Below, in pieces: positions 19,915 through 30,887 of a stretch of DNA of 64,000 nucleotides (its first letter is position 1; every line of letters starts with the position of its first letter). The stretch lies in contig JASEGV010000004.1 of assembly GCA_030017895.1 (NCBI GenBank), forward strand, positions 8,547 to 72,546, in the 5' to 3' direction. The notes below the pieces were generated by a model. That model was not told where the DNA came from and made no database searches. It saw only the letters and a list, made by a program, of their open reading frames with translations. Source of the stretch: Bacteroidota bacterium (GTDB taxonomy: Bacteria; Bacteroidota; Ignavibacteria; UBA10030; BY39). A program made the translations under genes and the position numbers.

Positions 19915-21522
19915 CTACGGTTTTAATCCTGCAATTTTCTCGGCTTCAGGAAATAGTGATATCGCTTTTTTTAATTGAACGTCTTCAGACTGAATAACAG
20001 GGTATGAACCTTCGTTACCCCAGATGTTTCGACCAATCTGTGCTTTTGCAAAAACTTTAATAAATCGAATATCTTTTTCGTATTGTTCTTTATTAAACTC
20101 AATTCCTCTTTTCTTGCCCAGCTCTACGATTTCTTCTAACATTCCATCGGAAATACTGAATTCGTTTAAGAATTTTTTGAAATCTTTTTCATAATTTTTA
20201 CGGAACGCTATTCCTTCTTGTTCAAAAAATTTGTTGGCAAATTCTAAGAATATTGCTTTACCGCGAAGTTGAGCAGAATAATTGGTTAACCTTTCGGTTT
20301 TAATTATAAAATCCGGAGAAATTCCGCCGCCGCCGTAAACTGTTCGTCCCTTGGCAGTCAAATACTTCGGACGCGATGTATCGCTTTCAACTTTATGATC
20401 GATGTTATCAAGCTCTTCTTCCTCACCATCTTCGAGGGGCTTACGGTAATCTGCCATATCTTTACCGTATGGTTTTTGTATCAAACGTCCCGAAGGTGTG
20501 TAATACTTTGCGATAGTTAAACGGAATGCTGAGCTATCGGGCAAATCAAACTGCCGTTGCACTAATCCTTTACCGAACGATGTTTCGCCCACAACTAAAC
20601 CACGATCCCAATCTTGAATCGCACCCGATACAATTTCGCTTGCTGATGCTGATCCATGATTGATAAGCACAATGATAGGAATGTTTTGATATTTTGAAAT
20701 ACCGCTCGAAATGTACTCTTCTTCAAATTCTTTTCTACGTGATTTTGTATAAACGATTTTCTTCCCCGGTGGAAGGAGTTCATCAGCCATCTTGAAAGCT
20801 TGCTCTAAATATCCACCCGGATTATTTCTTAAATCGAGTATCAACCGTTTCATACCTTTATTTTTTAGTTTTTGTAAAGCCTCTACAAATTCATCACGCG
20901 TAGTTGCTGAAAAACGGTTTACACTTAAGTATCCTATTTCATCGTCTATCATATATGAAACATCAACACTGTAGAGAGGAATTTTATCCCGAATAATTTC
21001 GAATTCGAGTAAATCTTTCATACCTATTCGCAGAATTAGAACTTTAACTTTTGTTCCTTTAGGACCGCGTAATTTTTTGGGAACGTCTTCACGCTTGATT
21101 CCAATAGCAGAAGTGTCGTCGATTTTTATAATTTTATCGGCGGCTAATATTCCCAACGCTTCGCTCGGACCTCCAACAATCGGAGAAACCACTATCAATG
21201 TATCATTCAAAACATCGAATTCAATTCCTATTCCCTCAAAACTGCCTCTGAATTCTTCTTCTGCCCGTTTGGCTTGTGCGGCTGGAATATATACAGAGTG
21301 TGGGTCTAATTTTTGGAGTAAACCAACAATCGCTCCTTCGACTAACTCTTTTGAGTTTATATCTTCAACATAAAATTTTTCAGTTAAACTTAAAACATCC
21401 TTAAATTTGCTGAATTGCACATAAATATTATCACCTGAAAAAACGGTGTTTAATTGAGTTCCAAAAAATAAGGCAGCCGCCATTAATATAATGACCGTTG
21501 CCCACGAAAAACGTTTTATCAT
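19915..21522 (-). CDS. S41 family C-terminal processing peptidase (PDZ domain)
   Basis: PDZ-like segment (GIGIEF...GGPSEALGILAADKIIKID). Catalytic region INHGSASASEI (Ser) and ...GETSFGKGLVQ (Lys). Start moved to ATG 21522 (MIKRFSW, TM anchor). Confidence 0.9.
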   Translation of the reverse strand: MIKRFSWATVIILMAAALFFGTQLNTVFSGDNIYVQFSKFKDVLSLTEKFYVEDINSKELVEGAIVGLLQKLDPHSVYIPAAQAKRAEEEFRGSFEGIGIEFDVLNDTLIVVSPIVGGPSEALGILAADKIIKIDDTSAIGIKREDVPKKLRGPKGTKVKVLILRIGMKDLLEFEIIRDKIPLYSVDVSYMIDDEIGYLSVNRFSATTRDEFVEALQKLKNKGMKRLILDLRNNPGGYLEQAFKMADELLPPGKKIVYTKSRRKEFEEEYISSGISKYQNIPIIVLINHGSASASEIVSGAIQDWDRGLVVGETSFGKGLVQRQFDLPDSSAFRLTIAKYYTPSGRLIQKPYGKDMADYRKPLEDGEEEELDNIDHKVESDTSRPKYLTAKGRTVYGGGGISPDFIIKTERLTNYSAQLRGKAIFLEFANKFFEQEGIAFRKNYEKDFKKFLNEFSISDGMLEEIVELGKKRGIEFNKEQYEKDIRFIKVFAKAQIGRNIWGNEGSYPVIQSEDVQLKKAISLFPEAEKIAGLKP

Positions 21523-21587
21523 AAATAAACCTCTAATGATTGATTTCACTGTTTTAGTATATTTAAAAAACAAATTAAAGTCAAATG

Positions 21588-22325
21588 CTAACGCACTGGT
21601 TTCCACTCATCTACGATAGATTTTTTGAATAGTAACACAGTAATTGCATTTAGTAACCATAATAAAATTATTTTTAAGTATCCGCTTTTTCGATACCTAC
21701 GCGGCGATTCGAAAACTCGTAATTTCCAATCGAATTTAATCTTGCCATACCGACGCACTCGCCGGAAAAAGTCAAAATCTTCACCGGCAGCAACTCTCTC
21801 GTCGTAACCGCCAACTTGATCGAACATCGCCCGTTTTACGACGTGGCATTCGCCCCGTCCCATCCCCAACCCTATCACATTCAAAAAGTAAAAATATACA
21901 TTTAAAAAATTGTGGAAAAAATTATCGGCAAAAGTTTCTATTTCGGGGTAAATGTAAACAGGAGCCGTGATACCTTTTACTGACGGCAATTCGATAACTT
22001 TTCTTAAATGAGTGAAGAAGAAATTGATGTCTGAAATCAGGGTGTCGCCATTTATAAACACAAGTATATCGCCGCTCGATGAACGAGCCCCGGTGTTCCT
22101 TCCGATTGAGATGTTTTGTTTTACACGGTTTTTGTTTTCGACCACAACGTCGGCATACTTCCGTGCAATTTCCAAAGTCCTGTCAGTCGATCCACCATCG
22201 CTAATAACTAATTCAATGTTGTGGCTTTTTTTTAGGTCAGCTGTAAATTGTGAAAGTATCCCAACTATAATTTTTTCTTCTTGCAAAGTGGGTATTACGA
22301 CACTTATTTTTTTCGCCTCGTTCAA
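21588..22325 (-). CDS. Family 2 glycosyltransferase
   Basis: ISVVIPTLQEE..., DGGSTDRT, and the GEDFDFF motif of GT-A/GT2 enzymes. The start overlaps the GH57 stop by 4 nt. Confidence 0.8.
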   Translation of the reverse strand: MNEAKKISVVIPTLQEEKIIVGILSQFTADLKKSHNIELVISDGGSTDRTLEIARKYADVVVENKNRVKQNISIGRNTGARSSSGDILVFINGDTLISDINFFFTHLRKVIELPSVKGITAPVYIYPEIETFADNFFHNFLNVYFYFLNVIGLGMGRGECHVVKRAMFDQVGGYDERVAAGEDFDFFRRVRRYGKIKFDWKLRVFESPRRYRKSGYLKIILLWLLNAITVLLFKKSIVDEWKPVR

Positions 22326-24403
22326 ATATCAAAAATTCTTTGTCTAATTTGTATTTGCCAGTTGTCTATTAATTCAATGTTCCACACGGGCATAACAATT
22401 GAACTTTGATACACCTTTTCTAAACCCCCTTCTGAGAGTGAGACTGTTTCGACCGGACATCTCCAAAACTCGGCTGGTTTTTCGGTTTCAAGCTCAACCC
22501 GGATCTTCAACCATTCATCGACTAAATTTAGTTTAGTGATGTTGGATAAACTACCGATGCTTTTTAAACGGCGGTCAGTTAATTCGATTCCCGCAGCTTC
22601 ATAATATCTATCGGGCGCATCACCAGCCATCAAACCATAATTCCACTCCACTCCAAACCGAAGTTTTAGTGGTTTACTCTCTTGGTTGATTAGTTTATAC
22701 TCGACTGTAATTTCAGATGAGTCATGTGGAACGAATATTTTTTTGATTAATTGAATTTTCGAGATTGTGTTTTCATAATTGACTGTACCATTGTGAACAA
22801 GGTCGATGATAGCCGTTTTATTTTTTTTGTAAGACCGAACATCGTATTTCCCAGATACAAAACTACCCCTTTCATTGTAATTCATTTTCATAAAATCATC
22901 GGCCGAAGTATTTTCATCAAAGAAATGGTCAATCAAAGATGCGTGTTGATATTTATCGTAGATTAAAAATTCGTGCAGATTCGATTCTTTGGTTTGGTCG
23001 GGCGAGAGATTTCTCTGTAATAATTTTCTATGCGACGCTTCCGGACGACGGCTAACGATATCAAGAATATTCAGTTGTTTCAGTTTATGGTCGTACTCGA
23101 AAATAGCACCGCCCATATCCGGTTTAATATAAACATTTGATGTAGGTGATTCGACTATTACTTCCATCTGTCCATCGCAATCAAAATCTACAACTTCGAT
23201 GGATATTTTTTTGTTTTCGATTTTATCAATTAAATTTTCAGCTTGTATTAAATTGCGATAAACCGGATGTCGTAAATTGGGCAGATACAAACCACCGAAC
23301 ACACCATGCCAATAAGCATCGTTGCATTGCCCCGCCAAAAGAAATTGTTTTGCTTCGTCAACATTGTTTCCTTGATCTTCGGAATGCTGGATTTTATTAG
23401 AAACACGAAGCATTTTCTTGTGCATCCAGTTTGCTTCGGGGTATTTTGCTAAAAAATTCCGCCAATAACCGCCACAAATAAATACTTCGTATCTTTCTAA
23501 GTTATGGTGTTTTAATTCGTTTTCAAATTCTTCAAAATTTTGGGCCGATTCGGGAGGCAGCGCCCATTTTAGCATCTCAGGATACGAGGCAGTCGGCAGA
23601 TAAATTTTCCCTACCGGTGCAATATTATTAACTGCATCTGCAAAGTGAATTGTTTTTATCCATTCATTATTTTCAACTAATGCAGAAAAAAAATTTTCTA
23701 ACCACTTATTTACATAAACGTGTTGGTAAGTGTTGGGCCATGCACCGAATTTTTCGCCGTCATCGGCAAAAACAACGATACGATTTCCAGAAACCGTGGC
23801 TGTACTTCGCAGCCAATTTATTGTTTCCTCAACCGGTGCGAACGGAATTGTATATCTCAATTTTTTACTGCCAGGAAAAATATTCACCAATCTCCCCTGT
23901 TCTTCTGTTGTGTAATATCCATACAAAGCACACTCCGGCAAACCGGCATACATAAAATGAGCTTCATCAATGGGCAAGAAGTTTACACCAGCTTCAGAAA
24001 TTTCTTTTGCGATAGCTTGTTCCCAAACTCTTTCAGCGAGCCACATTCCCTTAGGTTGATAATCGAATCTGTCGGTAATGTAATTAGTAAGTTTTTCGAT
24101 TTGATTAGCTCTATCGCGAGGTGGAATAATAGATAAGATTGCCTCGTAGTATGAACCTGTCAAAAGTTCTACTTGTCCCCGTGCAATTGCATATTTCAAT
24201 TTTTCAATGAATTCGGGATGATGGTTAATCAGCCATTCAAGCAGGATTCCGGTGTAATGCTGCGTAACTTTAATGCTTGGAAATTTTTCTATAACCTCCA
24301 AAAAAGGTTTATACGATTTTTGATAAACATCTTCAAAAACATGATGAAAATTTCCAACAGGTTGATGATTGTGAACAGCAAATACTAAATTGATAGTATC
24401 CAT
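22322..24403 (-). CDS. GH57 family alpha-amylase / 4-alpha-glucanotransferase
   Basis: N-terminal VHNHQPVGNF, then DDGEKFG and QCNDAYWHGVFGGLYLPNLR. It is collinear with the Thermococcus litoralis GH57 4-alpha-glucanotransferase as I recall it. Confidence 0.85.
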   Translation of the reverse strand: MDTINLVFAVHNHQPVGNFHHVFEDVYQKSYKPFLEVIEKFPSIKVTQHYTGILLEWLINHHPEFIEKLKYAIARGQVELLTGSYYEAILSIIPPRDRANQIEKLTNYITDRFDYQPKGMWLAERVWEQAIAKEISEAGVNFLPIDEAHFMYAGLPECALYGYYTTEEQGRLVNIFPGSKKLRYTIPFAPVEETINWLRSTATVSGNRIVVFADDGEKFGAWPNTYQHVYVNKWLENFFSALVENNEWIKTIHFADAVNNIAPVGKIYLPTASYPEMLKWALPPESAQNFEEFENELKHHNLERYEVFICGGYWRNFLAKYPEANWMHKKMLRVSNKIQHSEDQGNNVDEAKQFLLAGQCNDAYWHGVFGGLYLPNLRHPVYRNLIQAENLIDKIENKKISIEVVDFDCDGQMEVIVESPTSNVYIKPDMGGAIFEYDHKLKQLNILDIVSRRPEASHRKLLQRNLSPDQTKESNLHEFLIYDKYQHASLIDHFFDENTSADDFMKMNYNERGSFVSGKYDVRSYKKNKTAIIDLVHNGTVNYENTISKIQLIKKIFVPHDSSEITVEYKLINQESKPLKLRFGVEWNYGLMAGDAPDRYYEAAGIELTDRRLKSIGSLSNITKLNLVDEWLKIRVELETEKPAEFWRCPVETVSLSEGGLEKVYQSSIVMPVWNIELIDNWQIQIRQRIFDI

Positions 24404-24411
24404 TAATTCAT

Positions 24412-25035
24412 TTATCCCGGAATAATGAAAGTAGAAACTATATCGAGTTTAAATTCAATATCAGGTGTTACTACTATTCCTAATTTTTTATATAATTTGA
24501 TGTAAGCTTTTGCCTTCAGAAGAATAGGTCTGTAGCGAATTCTGTAATCAGGAGTGTCGTCGGCTTGTTTGCCAATCCACACATACGAACCATCTTGTAG
24601 TAGGAGTTTTTTCCAAGATGCTTTAAGCCAAATATTTTCATCGGGTTTGATCTCTAAAATTTCCTTGTAAGGTGATAAGGAGCTATTTGTAAAAGGTACT
24701 ATTGCTATGTTATCAGGATAAACCGGATCCCAAATTTTAAGATATCCTCCGACATCGGAACTGTCCGATATTACTTTATCGTAAATATTCTTAACCTCAA
24801 ACCTGAACATAATAGAATCAGGAGTATAAAATGTAACTCTCGGACGCCAGGTTGGATCTGGATAATATTCGCGAATGCTAAAGTAATACGACGAACCGCT
24901 ATCTGGGACGGTGATTTTAGCGGTCAATATATCAGGAGGACTTTTATATTCGGGTAATGTTTCGTCGCAAGCTTGGAAGATTACTACAGAAAAAATAATC
25001 GTGATGAAACCTGTTAAATATTTTATAAACTTCAT
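24412..25035 (-). CDS. Lipoprotein of unknown function (downstream of TonB-dependent receptor)
   Basis: Signal peptide with lipobox (VIFQAC). No recognisable domain. Confidence 0.5.
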   Translation of the reverse strand: MKFIKYLTGFITIIFSVVIFQACDETLPEYKSPPDILTAKITVPDSGSSYYFSIREYYPDPTWRPRVTFYTPDSIMFRFEVKNIYDKVISDSSDVGGYLKIWDPVYPDNIAIVPFTNSSLSPYKEILEIKPDENIWLKASWKKLLLQDGSYVWIGKQADDTPDYRIRYRPILLKAKAYIKLYKKLGIVVTPDIEFKLDIVSTFIIPG

Positions 25036-25050
25036 AAGTACTAATCCTTT

Positions 25051-27594
25051 TTAAAATTCTAATCTTATTCCAGCTCGTGTTCGCCGTGGCTGGAAATAAG
25101 CCGAAGGGTCATCCAATTCACCTCCGATTCGTCCGTTCGAATCGACCCATCTTACATTTTTAGCGTTTAACACATTTCGAAAATCAACATAAACATATAG
25201 TTTCATATTTTTCATAAAACCAATTACAAATTTTTTAGAGGCTTTAATATCTATGTTTGAAAAATCCTTCATCCTCGCGTTGTTTGGAATAAATGATTTT
25301 ATGAGCGTTGAATCTTTACTTGAAGCCGGAGGGTTAAAACCGTCTTTCGTGGGATAATGTGTGTATGGTTTTGGTGTATTAAATTGGAATAAAACATTGA
25401 TGAATAAATCGGACGGAAGTGAAAATTCAATATTTCCCTTCACGGTGTGGCGCTGGTCCCAACTTAGGTAAAAGGGTTTTGGAAATAGAGCAAAACCCCA
25501 TTGGGCATAGTTTAATGATTGGTTCACATACTCGCTCAAACCTTTCGCCACCATATAAGTATATGAGATTGTACCATTTACGAACTCTCCGTGTTCTCGT
25601 GAAGCACTAACCTCTAATCCATTGGCTTCAGCATAAGGATTATTTACGTATTCAGCAAAACCGAAATCGCCTGCATACCGGCTATTAAGTGGAATAAGTG
25701 TTTTAGTATCAATTTGGTTGGTAGTATTTTTATTAAAATAGGTTGCACTTACAACTAATTGATTCCAGAAAATATATTTCACGCTTATTTCCCATGCTTT
25801 AGTTTTTTCGGGAAGTAAATCGGGATTACCCATTAATGCACGAGCCCCTTTTGCGATAGCTACATTGTTCAAACCTGAATATAGGTAATCAAATAGTGGA
25901 AATTGAAAGTACTCGCCATAATTAATAAATATATATCCATTAACATCTATTGGTGCCGACAATCCAATACGTGGACTTATAGAATATTTGAATTTTGATT
26001 TGATAAACTTTGTAACGACTTGGCTGTATGTAGTGTCTCTGGATAGTGTATCGATATTAGCAATTCCCCTTTCAACCATTGGCCTCTCGGCAGTCGGGTC
26101 AAGGAAATCAAACCTACCTCCAAGATTAAGCGTAAATCCTTCTTCATCAAATTTATCCTGTATATAAAAACTACCACTTCGAGGATAATATTTATAGTTG
26201 GAGGAATAATTCAACTGTGATTCACTGACGAGTGGTTTTCCGAAATAAGTTTTGCGGGGTTCGTATTTAAGCATATCCGAAAAAATTGAATATTGATTAA
26301 ACTCAAGACCCACTTTGAACAAATGGCTTTTTACAATTTGGCTTGTTATATCAGCTTTCAGTGTATATATATTTTGCTGCTGATCCACCCACCAAGCTCT
26401 ATTCCCTTCAGTAATGTATTGTAAATAAAAATCGTATTGATAGACTGAGGTATCAATACTATTTTTTGAACCTTCGTTGATCTTTTGACTTAATGAATAC
26501 AAACTTAAATTGACATTATAAAAAGTTTTTTCGGAGAGAGAATGATTCCAAGCAGCTGATACCCGAATTGCATCTCTCGAACGAGGTGGTAAGCCATCAA
26601 GATTAAACCGCCAGCTAAATTCGTAGTCGCGCCAACGCTTGAATGAAGAAATTGCTGATAAACTTAATCGCTTTCCATTCCCGAAATTGTAATCGAGTTT
26701 TGAGAAGTTAGATAATTCACGTTGGATTGGATATTTAAAGAAGTGCTGAAAATCCTGCCACCACCGCGTATCAGTCAGATGTAAATTGAAGGCACTAAAA
26801 TAGCCAAAATTTTGCATAATCGGTCCGCTTGCTGATATTTCAGCATCCGTAACCTTACTTACCTGCTTCCCACCTAACCAATTATCTTTATCAAGTCGTA
26901 CTTGAAATTTGTGCCTGTCGGTACTTGTTTTTGTAATGATGTTCACAATTCCCGATAATGCGTTTCCGTATTCAGCATCGAACCCTCCGGTTTGTATGCT
27001 CATTTCTGTAATTGCACTTTTGGGAAGTTCTGCACCGGCGCCACCGCCAATCACATCCTGTATCGGTAAACCGTCAACAAAGTAGAGTACTTCCGAAGTT
27101 TTACCACCTCGAACGTGACCTTCAAGCGTAACTCCCGGCTGCAGAGTTAAGACTTCTTGCATAGATGTTACGGGAAGTTTTTCGAGACGGACACTACCGA
27201 CGTTATATGTAGTCGATGTTACATCGCGCTGTATCAATGGACGTTCAGCAATTACCTCGATTTCGTTTAATTCGATGTCGGTGGCAGTTAGTGCTACATT
27301 TATTTTGGTGCGTAAATCAGGAGCAATAGTGATACCTTTTTGTAAAGCAGTCCGGTATCCTATAAGCGAGAATTGCACATCATAAGAACTGGCTTTGACA
27401 TTTGAAATTTGGTAATCACCATTTACATCGGTAACAGTACCCATAGTAGTACCAACAATCAGAACATTTACACCGGGCAAAACTTGCCCCGACTCTTTAT
27501 CTTTTATTGTCCCTTCGAGAACACCATATATACCGCTGAAAGCTGTTTGTAAAAATAAAATTAACAGCAACGAAATAAAAATAAAAACACGCAT
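25051..27594 (-). CDS. TonB-dependent receptor with CarboxypepD_reg-like N-terminal domain
   Basis: Signal peptide, GVLEGTIKDKESGQVLPGVNV (CarboxypepD_reg), and a plug region (..YFVDGLPIQD..). Long beta-barrel ending in ..AGIRLEF. Confidence 0.85.
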   Translation of the reverse strand: MRVFIFISLLLILFLQTAFSGIYGVLEGTIKDKESGQVLPGVNVLIVGTTMGTVTDVNGDYQISNVKASSYDVQFSLIGYRTALQKGITIAPDLRTKINVALTATDIELNEIEVIAERPLIQRDVTSTTYNVGSVRLEKLPVTSMQEVLTLQPGVTLEGHVRGGKTSEVLYFVDGLPIQDVIGGGAGAELPKSAITEMSIQTGGFDAEYGNALSGIVNIITKTSTDRHKFQVRLDKDNWLGGKQVSKVTDAEISASGPIMQNFGYFSAFNLHLTDTRWWQDFQHFFKYPIQRELSNFSKLDYNFGNGKRLSLSAISSFKRWRDYEFSWRFNLDGLPPRSRDAIRVSAAWNHSLSEKTFYNVNLSLYSLSQKINEGSKNSIDTSVYQYDFYLQYITEGNRAWWVDQQQNIYTLKADITSQIVKSHLFKVGLEFNQYSIFSDMLKYEPRKTYFGKPLVSESQLNYSSNYKYYPRSGSFYIQDKFDEEGFTLNLGGRFDFLDPTAERPMVERGIANIDTLSRDTTYSQVVTKFIKSKFKYSISPRIGLSAPIDVNGYIFINYGEYFQFPLFDYLYSGLNNVAIAKGARALMGNPDLLPEKTKAWEISVKYIFWNQLVVSATYFNKNTTNQIDTKTLIPLNSRYAGDFGFAEYVNNPYAEANGLEVSASREHGEFVNGTISYTYMVAKGLSEYVNQSLNYAQWGFALFPKPFYLSWDQRHTVKGNIEFSLPSDLFINVLFQFNTPKPYTHYPTKDGFNPPASSKDSTLIKSFIPNNARMKDFSNIDIKASKKFVIGFMKNMKLYVYVDFRNVLNAKNVRWVDSNGRIGGELDDPSAYFQPRRTRAGIRLEF

Positions 27595-27599
27595 ACTAA

Positions 27600-29132
27600 T
27601 TACTCCGGTTTCATTTGTGGAAAAAATAATACATCTCTGATTGAATCTTGATTTGTCATTAACATTGTAAGTCGATCTATGCCGATACCTAATCCCGCAG
27701 TCGGAGGCATACCGTATTCGAGAGCTCTCAGGAAATCCTCATCCAACACGTTTGCTTCCTCGTCACCACGTGCACGAAGTTTAGCTTGTTCTTCAAAACG
27801 AGCCCGCTGATCGAGAGGGTCGTTGAGTTCTGAAAAAGCGTTGCAAAGTTCACTCCCATTAACAATAGCTTCGAAACGCTCAACAGTTCCTTCTTTCGAA
27901 CGGTGTTTTTTTGCAAGAGGCGACATCTCAATTGGATAATCGGTGATGAATGTCGGTTGAATAAGTTTGGGTTCGACCAACTCACCGAAAATTTCGTCTA
28001 TCACTTTGCCCCCGTTTGCATTAGGATCGACCTCTACATGTAACTCCTTTGCTACCTTGTGCAGTTCGACTTCGGTTAAATTACTGATATCTTTGCTCGT
28101 AAATTGCTTAATCGCATCGAACATCGTTAAACGAGTCCACGGTGAGGTAAAATCAATTTCGTTATTTCCGACTTTAATTTTTGTAGTGCCGTGAACTTTC
28201 AAAACGATATGGCTGATCATCTGCTCAACCAACTCCATCATCCATATATAATCTTTGTATGCTACGTAAAGTTCAAGCATCGTGAATTCCGGATTATGAG
28301 TTTTATCCATTCCTTCGTTTCGGAAATCTTTGGCAAACTCATAAACGCCATCATATCCGCCGACTATAAGTCGTTTCAAATAAAGCTCATCAGCAATTCT
28401 CAAATATAAATCGATATCCAATGCGTTATGATGTGTAACAAATGGACGGGCGAATGCACCACCGTATAGCGGTTGTAGAATCGGAGTTTCAACTTCTAAA
28501 TAATCTCTTTCATTGAAAAATTCCCGGATGGCACTCATTATTTTCGACCGTTTAACAAACACTTCCCGCACATCGGAGTTTACAATTAAATCTACATATC
28601 GTTGACGGTAGCGAAGTTCTTTATCTGAGAAGGGATCATATATGATTTTGTTTCCGGCTTCGTCAATTTTTTCTTTTACTATCGGTAGTGGTCGCAGCGA
28701 TTTTGATAAAAGTTCTAAACTCTGTGCATGAATGGAAATCTCACCCATTTTGGTTCTGAAGCTGTAACCCTTCACACCGATTATATCCCCAATATCCATC
28801 AACCTGAAAGCATCGTAAATTTCACCGAGTTCATCTTTTTTTAGATAAACCTGAATTTTTCCGGTTGAATCTTGGATGTGGCAGAATGAAGCTTTTCCCA
28901 TTCGGCGGATTGACATAATTCTACCGGCAATCGAAATATCATGTTGGGGCGAATCGTCTTTAAAATTCTCGATTAATTCTTTAGTGTAATTTTGACGATC
29001 AAATTGATATGGGTATGGATTGATACCGCGGGCGATAAGCTCGTTGAGTTCTTCTCGCCGTCGCAGCATTAATTCATTCAATTCCTGATGATATGATTCT
29101 TCATTTTTTTCTGTATTAGTATCGTCGTTCAC
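27600..29132 (-). CDS. lysS: Lysine--tRNA ligase (class II)
   Basis: OB-fold anticodon domain plus class II motifs (FRNEG; ...[14 protein letters not shown]). Confidence 0.95.
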   Translation of the reverse strand: MNDDTNTEKNEESYHQELNELMLRRREELNELIARGINPYPYQFDRQNYTKELIENFKDDSPQHDISIAGRIMSIRRMGKASFCHIQDSTGKIQVYLKKDELGEIYDAFRLMDIGDIIGVKGYSFRTKMGEISIHAQSLELLSKSLRPLPIVKEKIDEAGNKIIYDPFSDKELRYRQRYVDLIVNSDVREVFVKRSKIMSAIREFFNERDYLEVETPILQPLYGGAFARPFVTHHNALDIDLYLRIADELYLKRLIVGGYDGVYEFAKDFRNEGMDKTHNPEFTMLELYVAYKDYIWMMELVEQMISHIVLKVHGTTKIKVGNNEIDFTSPWTRLTMFDAIKQFTSKDISNLTEVELHKVAKELHVEVDPNANGGKVIDEIFGELVEPKLIQPTFITDYPIEMSPLAKKHRSKEGTVERFEAIVNGSELCNAFSELNDPLDQRARFEEQAKLRARGDEEANVLDEDFLRALEYGMPPTAGLGIGIDRLTMLMTNQDSIRDVLFFPQMKPE

Positions 29133-29200
29133 TCGTTAATCTCATTGTTAAAAATAAAAGTAGAGAGAAAATAACAAGATTTTAGACGATAATCAAATAA

Positions 29201-29950
29201 CTAATACCTCAAAAATATTTGGAGTGCATATTTTGTAATTTGTGCTGAACTTGATTTTACACCCTTTTCCTCTTCAGCATAAAAATGTTCAGGACCGAAT
29301 CGGTATTCTAAGAAACTATACGGATTGATTAACAGCCCAATTCCGATTGTTGCACCTTTTAATTTTAGCTTGACAGATGGCTGAATATAAAATGGAAGCA
29401 AATTAACTACACCAAAAAACTTATCTTTAAAAACGCCCTCTTTCATATACGAAATCGTTCCGCCGATGTTAAAAAATGTAACTGCAAACTGTCCGATCAA
29501 AGCACGTTCACCTAACAAAGGTAAATGGTATTCGGCGTTCACATTCAAAGAGTACAAATCTAAAATTCCGGTCAAGTGATTTACATCGTGAGGCGATTTC
29601 AAATCCGAAGGATACTTGAAGCTCGTATCAGTAATAACCGGAGTTGAATTTACAGCCATCTTACCAGAAGTAAAACCAATTAAAAGATCTCTCCCTAGAT
29701 TGAGACATAATTTTCCAACAGGACCTATCTCGATTTCATCAATAATTTTTACATTTGAACTTGAACCAATTCCAAAACCACTGTGATAAACAGGATCAAC
29801 TAATTTATATTTTTCCGGCATCGTGATACCAGTACGAAGCATACTAAATTCGAAATAACTAAAATCGAGCGAGTCCCCCATCGCGAATGATGATGGAACA
29901 TTTAAGATTAAAAAAAATAATGCAACCAAAATTAAGAATAAACGGTACAT
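29201..29950 (-). CDS. Hypothetical secreted / outer-membrane beta-barrel-like protein
   Basis: Signal peptide (..NVPSSFA), alternating-hydrophobicity strands, and a C-terminal aromatic residue (..IFLRY). Confidence 0.4.
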   Translation of the reverse strand: MYRLFLILVALFFLILNVPSSFAMGDSLDFSYFEFSMLRTGITMPEKYKLVDPVYHSGFGIGSSSNVKIIDEIEIGPVGKLCLNLGRDLLIGFTSGKMAVNSTPVITDTSFKYPSDLKSPHDVNHLTGILDLYSLNVNAEYHLPLLGERALIGQFAVTFFNIGGTISYMKEGVFKDKFFGVVNLLPFYIQPSVKLKLKGATIGIGLLINPYSFLEYRFGPEHFYAEEEKGVKSSSAQITKYALQIFLRY

Positions 29951-30091
29951 ATTTCCTCCTTAAAAGAAAATTAATAAAAGGTGATTTATATAATATGTAT
30001 ATCCTTACATTTAAGTATGCTTGCAGAAAAAATCAGTATAATTTATTTTATTTTTGCTTATAAACTCGAAAAAGGCTATATTTTTACCGTT

Positions 30092-30838
30092 ATGAACAAA
30101 GAATATCTTTCAAAACTATTAGCAGATTATAAAACCGGGATATTATCACAGGATGAATTGTTAAAAACAATATTGATTTTTGAATCCGAATCTTTAGGGT
30201 TCGCGACAATTGACCATCATAGGACTATTCGCAAGGGATTCCCGGAAGTTATACTTTGTCAAGGAAAAACTTCTGAACAAGTTGCTGTTATCGCTTCAAA
30301 AATTATTCAACGGAATCAACCATTGCTGGCAACTCGGGCAACTCATGAACAATACAAAGCTGTACAAAAAAAAACAAAGAAGGCACACTACGACAAAGTT
30401 GCCCGCATTATTTACGCAAACAAACCTAACAAACCTGCAGCAAATAAAAAAAATGTTCTCGTTGTATCAGCTGGGACGATTGATATACCTGTTGCAGAAG
30501 AAGCCTGCCTTACTCTGGAAATGTTAGGAAATCCGGCGGAACGCCTCTACGATGTTGGAGTTGCTGGGATTCACCGTTTGTTTTCAAACTACGATAAAAT
30601 AATGACAGCAAATGTAATTATCGTAGTTGCGGGTATGGAGGGTGCACTGCCGAGTGTAGTTGGTGGACTTGTTGATGTTCCTGTGATTGCTGTTCCAACA
30701 TCAGGTGGATACGGTGCAAGTTTTGGCGGTGTCGCCGCTTTACTCGGAATGCTCAATACATGCGCATCTGGAGTTACTGTTGTAAACATTGATAACGGAT
30801 TCGGAGCCGGCTTCGCTGCGAGCATGATGAATAGATGA
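30092..30838 (+). CDS. larB: LarB-like (PurE-fold) nickel-pincer cofactor biosynthesis protein
   Basis: VLVVSAGTIDIPVAEEA...VVAGMEGALPSVVGGL...VIAVPTSGGYG...N resembles LarB/NCAIR-mutase-like proteins. Start moved to ATG 30092 (MNKEYL). Confidence 0.7.
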   Translation: MNKEYLSKLLADYKTGILSQDELLKTILIFESESLGFATIDHHRTIRKGFPEVILCQGKTSEQVAVIASKIIQRNQPLLATRATHEQYKAVQKKTKKAHYDKVARIIYANKPNKPAANKKNVLVVSAGTIDIPVAEEACLTLEMLGNPAERLYDVGVAGIHRLFSNYDKIMTANVIIVVAGMEGALPSVVGGLVDVPVIAVPTSGGYGASFGGVAALLGMLNTCASGVTVVNIDNGFGAGFAASMMNR

Positions 30839-30887
30839 GGAATTTTAGATTTTGAATTTTGAATTTATAAACAACTATTAAAAACAA

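Noticed and set aside
29951-30091. The switch from a 30-kb minus-strand block to a 16-kb plus-strand block as a replication origin.
   Set aside because: The divergent spacer is only ~140 bp. It contains no DnaA-box-like 9-mers (TTATCCACA or its complement) that I could find, and there is no dnaA/dnaN nearby. A divergent promoter region is the simpler explanation. GC skew was not computed.
30092-30838. larB as an 'orphan' gene, because no larC, larE or larA is adjacent.
   Set aside because: Partner genes may lie elsewhere in the genome. Absence cannot be judged from a 64-kb window, so this is not reported as a finding.
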